Source: Wolbachia endosymbiont (group A) of Rhinocyllus conicus
Lineage (GTDB): Bacteria; Pseudomonadota; Alphaproteobacteria; Rickettsiales; Anaplasmataceae
Length of the DNA: 32,000 nt
Direction: 5' to 3'
Assembly (NCBI RefSeq): GCF_947250775.1
Contig: NZ_OX366349.1
Coordinates: 1,060,372 to 1,092,371 of the forward strand
The first letter of the stretch is position 1; each line of letters opens with the position of its first letter. A program made the translations under genes and the position numbers. Under the pieces are notes generated by a model. The model was not told where the DNA came from. It searched no databases and saw only the letters and a program-made list of their open reading frames with translations. Positions 8,379 through 17,300 of the stretch are shown one piece after another.

Positions 8379-11300
8379 TTATTTGGTAAACCATAAAGTA
8401 CCTTCAATTCTTCCTAAAGTCTCAGCTCTAACTTTTTCAGCATGCAGCATTCCCTTTTGGATTTTCTTAGGTAATGGCATATTGTTAAATTTCTGATTTG
8501 TCGCTTTCATGGCCAACATGTTCAATGCAAACAATGTACTTGGTACATCAACTTGCACTGTAGCTCTTGTTAAATGCGCATGTTTAGAATTATGAGAACT
8601 TTGCTGGTTTTGATGAAAACCTTGTTGTTTTTGATTTGCACCACCTATCATTTTTCTACTATCTATTCTTTCATTACTAATCTTTTCAGACCATTTATTG
8701 TTTGCACTAATCATTGGTTTGTATTGGTTACTATGTTCATAGGAGCTGTTATCAAACTGTTTATGATTTACTATGTGCTCCTTTCTTTCACTAATCTTTT
8801 TAGATCGATCATCAAAGTAACTATGGTTTTTGTTGCCATTGTAAGATAAAGTAGGTTTTGACTTATTATGTAAAACCCCTGACTTCTGCTGTTTTTCATT
8901 ACTTATAATTTTGGATTGATTAACACTCCCGCTAATAACACTCTGTTTATTGTTTATTTTGCTTTCATATTGTTGTTTTGCTTGCCTGTCATTGCCACGT
9001 TTTTTGCTGTAGGCACCGGCATTCTTATCATTACCTTTACGAGCATCATACTTTGACATATATTGAAATTCCATCTCTTGTGCTTGATCATAGCTAGGCT
9101 GTTTTGATTTCCATTGATTGCTTGAGTCCATTTGAATATCTGTAAGTTTAGAATCTTTTAATTCTTTAGCTGTACCTCTGTATAACCCATTTACTAAATC
9201 TGATGCCAATTTTCCACCTTTTTCTTTTGCCCAACCACACAAACCATTTATCCATGAAGATGATCTTGTGCCACTACTTGCTACTGAATTTAGGGATTCA
9301 CTTGGCAAATGACGGCGTTCGCGTCGTGCAGATCTTTCTTCCTCGAGTCTTTCTTTTAAATAGTTCACAATACTACTATGTCCTTTATCTTTAGCAATAT
9401 CTAGTGGTGTTTTACCGTAATCATCTGTAGCACTGAGATTAGCACCAGCATCTACAAGAGACTTCACTATATCAAGTCTATCGGTGCCAGCAGCATAGTG
9501 TAAAGGTGTCCAATGACCTTTGTCTTCAGCATTAACATTAGCATCATGACTAAGAAGTAACTTGACTGCATCTAGCCTGTAGTTTGCAACTGCTCCATGT
9601 AAAGGAGTTGCTTGATATTCCCCATTTTCAGTTTCAATATTAGAACCATTGTCAAGAAGGAACCTTATTCTATCTAAATTACCTATTTCAGCAGCTGAAT
9701 ACAGTAGTGTACTGCCGTCCTCGTCCTTAGTATCAATGTTAGCACCCTTGGCAATGAGACCTTTAGCTTCATTAAAACCACCACCTTGCACTGCAGCTAA
9801 CAATTGCCTATTTAGACTTGACTGTGTTTGTTGTAAGTACTCTACAACATTATTATGTCCTTTATCTCTAGCAATGTCTAGAGATGTTTTACCACTATTA
9901 TCTTTAGTATCAACATTAGCTCCACTATTTATAAGATATTGCAGCACATCTAAATGACCACCCCAAGAAGCCAAGTGTAGTGGCGTCTCGCCATTTCTAT
10001 CAGCCTCATTAATACTCGCTCCTTTCATGAGGAAAAGTTCTATAATTTCTTTATCATTGTTCTCAGCAGCAGTATACATAGGCCCCCTACCATAGACACC
10101 TTGAATATCCTTGTGATTATTCATAACAGCAAAGTGCATAGGAGTTCTGCCAAGTATATCTTTAGCATTCACATTAGCTCCCTTATCAACTAAAAACTTA
10201 GCGATATCTGAATGACCTTTCAATGCAGCCCAGTGTAGTAATGTGCAGCCATATTTATCAGTCGCATTAACACTCACATCTTTACTAACAAGAAACTCCA
10301 CTGTGCCTAAGTTACCACTCCAAGTATAATAAAACCCGCCATGCGTTCTGTCGTCAATATCTTTAGCAATAAGATCATTGATTGTCTTTAGATCCTTTTC
10401 ATTTTTTACAGTAAGTAACAATTCTTTATCTAAGCGTGTTTGCATAAAAACTTCCATCATTGTATTAGAATTAGTATCATCTGCCTCATTTTCGGGAGTT
10501 CTACCACTGTTATCCTTGACATCGATGCCAGCTCCTTTACTTATAAGATACTTTACCATACCTAAACGATGATAAGACTGTGAAGCATAATGTAGAGGTG
10601 TTTTACCATCCTTATCTTTAATATTAACATCAGCACCCAGATTTATGAGATCTTTTACTTTACTAAAATCACTATCTTGCACTGCAGCCAGTAATTGCTC
10701 ATTTAATTGAGCTTGTTTTAAGTATTTTACGACGCTATCATACTTTCGGTTGATGGCGATATCTAGCGGTGTTTTACCATCCTTATCTTTAGCTTTGATA
10801 TCTGCTCCCTTACTTGCAAGATACCCCACTACATCCAGATGGCCGCCACCAGAAGCCATGTGCAATGCTGTCTGCCCATCACTATCTTTTAGATTAACAT
10901 CAACTTTCTCCTCATCTATAAAATACTTTACCACATCTAGCTTACCATTGTAAGCAGCATAGTGCAGGGGAACTCTACTGCCATTATCTTTAATTTCTAA
11001 GCTATTTTTTGCATCTGCTACAAAATATTTTACTATATCCAGATTACCACCATAAGCAGCAGAATGCATAACAGTCATCCCATTACTATACTTAGTATTC
11101 AAGCTAGCCCCTTGACTTACAAGATCTCTAACTTCATCAAAATTACCATATTGTGCTGCAATAAGTAATTCTTGATCTAGCTGCACTTGTTTTAAATACC
11201 CTACAACATCTTCATGTTTTTGATCAGTAGCAGCATCCAGCGATGTCTCACCACCTTTGTCCTGAGCATTAATGTCAGCTCCCTTTTCTACAAGGTACTT

Positions 11301-14300
11301 CACTACACCTAAGTGACCATTCCAAGAAGCACAGTATAGTGGCGTTCTACCATACCTATCAGTATCATCAACGTTCATTCCCTTACTGAGAAAAAACTCT
11401 ATGATGTTTGTATTATTATTTTCAGCAGCAACATGTATAGGTTTCCTACCAAAAATATTCTCAGCACTAATATCAGCTCCCTCCTTGACTAATAACTTAG
11501 CATCATCTAATTGACCTTCCCATGCAGCTAAATGTAGTGGTGTCCAACCATTTTCATCTGTAGTATTAACATCAACACCTTTTCCAAAATGGCTATTCAC
11601 GGAAACATCGCAAACAGGAGGCTCTATTATGCTTTGATTAGAACTAAAAGCCCCACCAGTATTGTCCACAGCGCTTGTACCTTCAACCTGACTTCTACCT
11701 TTTCTTACAGTAGATCCACAATCTTCTATTCTCCATACACCTTGTGTAACCTTGCCCCCCGGAACCCAAGTAAATACTCTTCTCCTATCTTTGTCATATT
11801 TAGCATAATCAGCAGCATACAAATACTCATTATGCTTAACATTCCTTATATTACATTTATCACCGTTAGGCTCAATCTTCCATACACCTTGCGTAACTTG
11901 TCCCCCTGGAATCCAAGTAAATACCATTCGTCTATCATTATCATAATTAAAATAATTACTAGCAGCATATAAATGTTCATTAAACTCAACATTTACTATA
12001 CGAAAGCTATCACCATCAGGCTGAATCTTCCACACACTTTGTTTATCATTTTTCCCAGGAACCCAAGTAAACGCTCTCCTCCTTTCTGTGTCATAATTAA
12101 AACAATCAACAGCAGCATATAAATATTCATTTTGATAAGTATTTTTAATACATACTTTTGATGCAAATACTATATTCTTTACTGATTCTGGTAATTTACT
12201 TTTTAGCCTTTCAAGATCAGATCTTTTTTCTGAATCGAGACTAGAATATTTATCAAAACTCATTGCCTCTTTAATAGAGTAAGCTAACTTAAATATTGCA
12301 CTATTATTTAAATCATCATTTCTTTGCATTGCATCAAACACAGCTACATAACCTGATATACGCTGACCAGCATTATTATGACTGCGTACATAACTTAATG
12401 TTTCTTTCGTATCTACCCTCCCATACACATCATTTATAACTCCTTTAATTATATCATCAAACAGCTTTCCATCTGATTTATAAATTTCATTAGCAAGTTC
12501 ATTAACTGAACTATACCTATTACGCAACATGCCATCCTTTAGCTTCTCTTTTGCTACACTTTTTATTGAATATCTTAACTTCTCTACAAAAAACTCTGCC
12601 CATCTTTTTACATTAGGTGCAGTATCTGCTTGGTTAATAATTTCCTTCTTTACGCCCTCAACTACTCCCATCATCTTATATGGGTCGTTACCTTTAGCTT
12701 CAATACTAGCATTCTTATCAAGGAAGAATTTGACCATCTCTAAATCACCGTTGTAAGCAGCCATACGTAGAGGTGTTCTACCATCACTATCTCTAGCTTG
12801 AATATCAGCACCTCTATCAACAAGAAACTTAGCTATATTTAATTTATCTTCCTGAACAGCTAAGTGAAGAGGATGGACGTCTTTATCTTTAATACTAAAA
12901 TACTTTCTCTCAAAAAGAATTTCTACTATGTCCAATCTACCTTCTTGAATAGCCATATATAAAGGTGTTAATTCATGCTTACTTTCAGTATTAATACTTT
13001 CAATTTTTCTAATTAAACCTTTAGCTTCATTAATATTGTTTTGCACTATAGCATCAAACATGTGCTCCTTTAATAAAGTTACTTTCTCCTTATTAAAGTC
13101 CTCTATAACATCTTTCGAATTACAAGCAGAGACTATGCATTTCAAATTAGAAACCATCGTATCATTAAAAGCAAACATCATTTCTCTTGCTGGTTGATAA
13201 CTATTCCAATTCTCTACTTTTGCAATGGTACTATTTCCATATGATAGCACTAAACTACCATCAGCAATCTCCATATCAAAACCCAATATAGACTTATCTC
13301 TAAAATCAACCAACCCAACATCATTATTGTCAATAGGTTGATTATGATAAATCTGTAATCCTTGTTCATCTGGCTGATAATATCTGAAAGAGTTAGGATC
13401 CATCTCTACATGCTCAAGCTTTGAATTTGTACTATCAATTTTATAAAGCTCATTGTTCATTCGTAATACAACTTGTTGATGCTCTAGACTTTCAAAATAA
13501 TCAACTAAACCAATAGATAAAGACCATTTAGTACCTTTACTACCAAGTACTGTAATATCTTTTATCTCTAAACTGTCCTCTGTAAGGTCAGAGATTGATT
13601 GGTTATAACATTCATTTATATAACTCCTTTCACCTTCTTCTATACCTATACTATCAATATCTGTTACATTCAACTCAGCAAAATCGATAACATCGTAGGG
13701 TATACTTTGGTAAGGTGTTACTTTGTTTTTTATTTTTAGATTGAGCCTTATCGGCGATGATGAAATTTCCCTGCTTAATTCATGATCATATTCTGGTAGC
13801 TTGATGATATACTTATGTTGAAAATTTTCTCCTTCTACTGTCACATCCTGAGGATGGTTACACGCCATAATATAGTTATTATAATTAAGCTCTCCTCCGT
13901 TTCCACGATATTTCTGATAACTGTTTGCTATATTAGAACCACTGGGGCTAAAATCAACAATTACCTGATCTGAGTACATACCTGCAATTATCACTTTTTC
14001 ACTAGGTATTCCCATGTAATTTTTGGTAACTTCTATTTGAGATATTGGTATGTCCAAATTACTCTTACTAGCAATATCTTTTGCAACTTGATAAGTATTA
14101 GTCAATTCTTGATCTAGAATACTTGCTTGTATAAATGCTCTTAACTTTTTTTCGCTATTTTGTATTATCTCTCCACTAATATCATTTCCTGAATTTTTCA
14201 ATTTTTGGTATCTAATATCTTCTACTGTATCAGACAAAGACTTATCTTGTATTGCAACAGATTCTGTTATTCCATTGCAATTTACTTCGATTGATAGATT

Positions 14301-17300
14301 GTTAAAATCACCGATTTTAGTACTTGTAACAATACTTTGCATATCATCAGCTAAAAGATCTAAGTTATAGCCACTTTCCTCTATATTTTCATTTATTCTC
14401 CACTGTGTGATATTAGCAACTTGAATCCTTATTACGTCAATATTTCCTTTTATTTTTCCTGTACTACCTAAATCACTTACTATCCTAGCATTATCACTAT
14501 CTTCATTAACAACAAATATTGTCTGCTTTAATCCCCTGTGATGCAGATTTTCTTTGTTAACTACTCTAACTTCATAATCTTTGTCTGTACAGTTAGATGA
14601 ATTCTGCCAAATCTCTGCGTTTTTCACATTAATCAATCTTGTTTCACAATGAGTAGTAATATTTTGCTTGTTGTCAGAATTAGATACGTAGTTATATGTG
14701 TTAACCAATCTTATGTTATTGCTGTTACTATAATTTATAATTCCGTTGTGCAAATCAGCAACGATATCATTAGCTTTAACACTCATTACTACAGTATTTT
14801 CTTTTCCTGCTCCACCTTCAAGAGTACCAGATATAGAATTATTAATAATAAAAATAGTTTCATTATTTTTTGAGCCAATATAACGTATATCACTGCCTTC
14901 TGGAATATGCATTACCGCCGGATAATTTGCTGCTGCTGTTAATGTCCTTGGCCCTGAAATATACAGTACCGAGTCTTTAGGGTATGTTCCCTTTTTTATA
15001 AGGGAAGAATCTTTCCTTTTTGGATTAGTAAAAATAAAAGGTTTACCTGAGAGAGTAAAGGTCTCTTGACAATTCCTATGGATTTTGTTGATATTGCATG
15101 GAAAAAATCCACCACCCTTTTCATTAATTATTTTACTGCACTGAGATTTTTGTGTCGGTTTTCTTAATGGTGCATCTATAATTCTTAAACCAAGATTTTC
15201 GTACTCATATTTTGTTAGATGAGGAATATGTTTTGCATCTGTATTAACAACATAAACCTTCTTTTTATCTATATCTTGATCACATTTAGGATTGTTTTTT
15301 ATGTTACAGATAAACCTTTCCCAACCTTCATTCATAACCAAAGTATAAGATCTCATAGGTAGTGTTTTAGAGATATCGAGGGAAGATAAATCTTTCTCCG
15401 CATTAGAAGCTGTGTTAACATTACTAAAAGAGATGTTATTGTATTTTTCTTCTAACTCACACGTCTGATGACAGAACCCCGTGAACGCTGGACCCGGTTG
15501 ACATATACGATCTGCATCTCTAATTATCTCACTATATTTTTCTTCAATAGAGATTACATATTGTACAATTGCAGCTATATTATAATTATCATCTAACAAT
15601 TTAATAGCTACTTCTTTTACATGGTTTAAATAACCTTTTACTCTAATTATATCCCCATATTCCTTTTCTACATCTCTTCCTGTAAAAAACTTGATCACCT
15701 TTGCAAAAAAGACTTCTGCCTGCTCATTACCAGGTAACAGAGGTACTTGTTCTGCTATTGCTTTTGTATATTCCATTCTTTCATGGATTTCTACACCAAT
15801 TGTTATCAATACATCAGCAGCCATAGTAACTACTGCTACCCTTCCTAAAACTTTGCCTGCAGCAGATAACCCTCTTAAAATCTTAGTAGTAGCACTTACA
15901 CTTTTTATCGTAAAACTAACTCCTGCACTTATAGGCCTTATACTCATGCTTGCTAGTTTTATACCACTACTAGCTGTCCAATAATAATTTAATGGATGAT
16001 TATTACCTTGAGCTATTTCATTTACACTATATCCAAATTGATAAGCGATAGTCGCAAATGTAATACTTTGAACTACAGGATTACTGATAACCTTAACAAA
16101 AGCTTGACGTGCAGGCCCTGGTATTTTACCAATCAGTTTTCCTACTTTACTATTAGGAGAAATACTTATACTCTCTCTAACATCATCCATAGCATCTAGT
16201 ATGCCATTGATACCAAACACTTGCTTCAGAGCATCATTATCATGCCGTCCAAGTGTTGTTGCATCACTTATGCTATCAAACAAGTCATATATGGCCATGA
16301 GGGAAAAAAACTTTCCACCTTTTGCTCCTTTTATTTTTGCTGAATCAAATTTATCACGATCAAATGCAATTCCTTTTTCTTTAAGGCTGCTTTCTACATT
16401 ACTAATATAATCTGCAAAAACTTTTTCACCAAGATCATCAAAATGACTTTTAAACCTATCGAAAGTATCTTCTCTAACTTCTTTTGCTAATAAGCTCTGT
16501 TTAATTTCCTTTACAATATCATTGTAATCTTGATTAGTTTGAACATCACCTATGTCTTCAATGTATTTTTTATTCTCTAACAACTGCTTATCATTTGATA
16601 GTTGATGTAATTTATCAAAGACTACCTCTTTTCCATCTTTAAATATACTATCTAATTTTATTCTATAATCATCAATTTTTAAATAATATTCACTACCTTG
16701 CTCTTTAATTTCTTCTATTATCGCATACTCTTTATCGCTGCTTACTTTTAACTTTATCTCAAGATTTTCCTTATCCAGTATATAATTTTCTATACTTTTA
16801 ATATTTGTAGCGTTATCTATTATTAATTCTTTACCATTACCGTCATTGTCCTTGAATTTTATATTCACCTTATCACTATCAATACTCACTTGAGGAGAAT
16901 CTATAGTTATAATTTTTGTGTCATAAGCTTCAATACCAGACAACTCTTTAATAAGTTTTTCCTTTTCTTTCTCTGTAATCTTTTCTTCATCACGTGAATC
17001 TATACAGACCATACCTGTACTGCGCTGTTTCCTTCCTTTAGAACATTGCTGCTGACTAATACTAAAGATAGAACTATGAACTACCTTAACAGGAGTAAAC
17101 GCATCTTTGCTCATTAAGATAAGGGAATCTGCATTATTCGCACCTTTATCAAATACAACACCTATAAAATCTACTTTTTTCCCATCTGTCAGCGTCTTAT
17201 AAGTTACACCTTTCTTATACTCATCGGCTATTTGTTTGTTTGCCTCATCTTTTAATGCATCAGCTGTCTTGCCTTCCCTTGGTCCTTTAAGCTCTAACCC

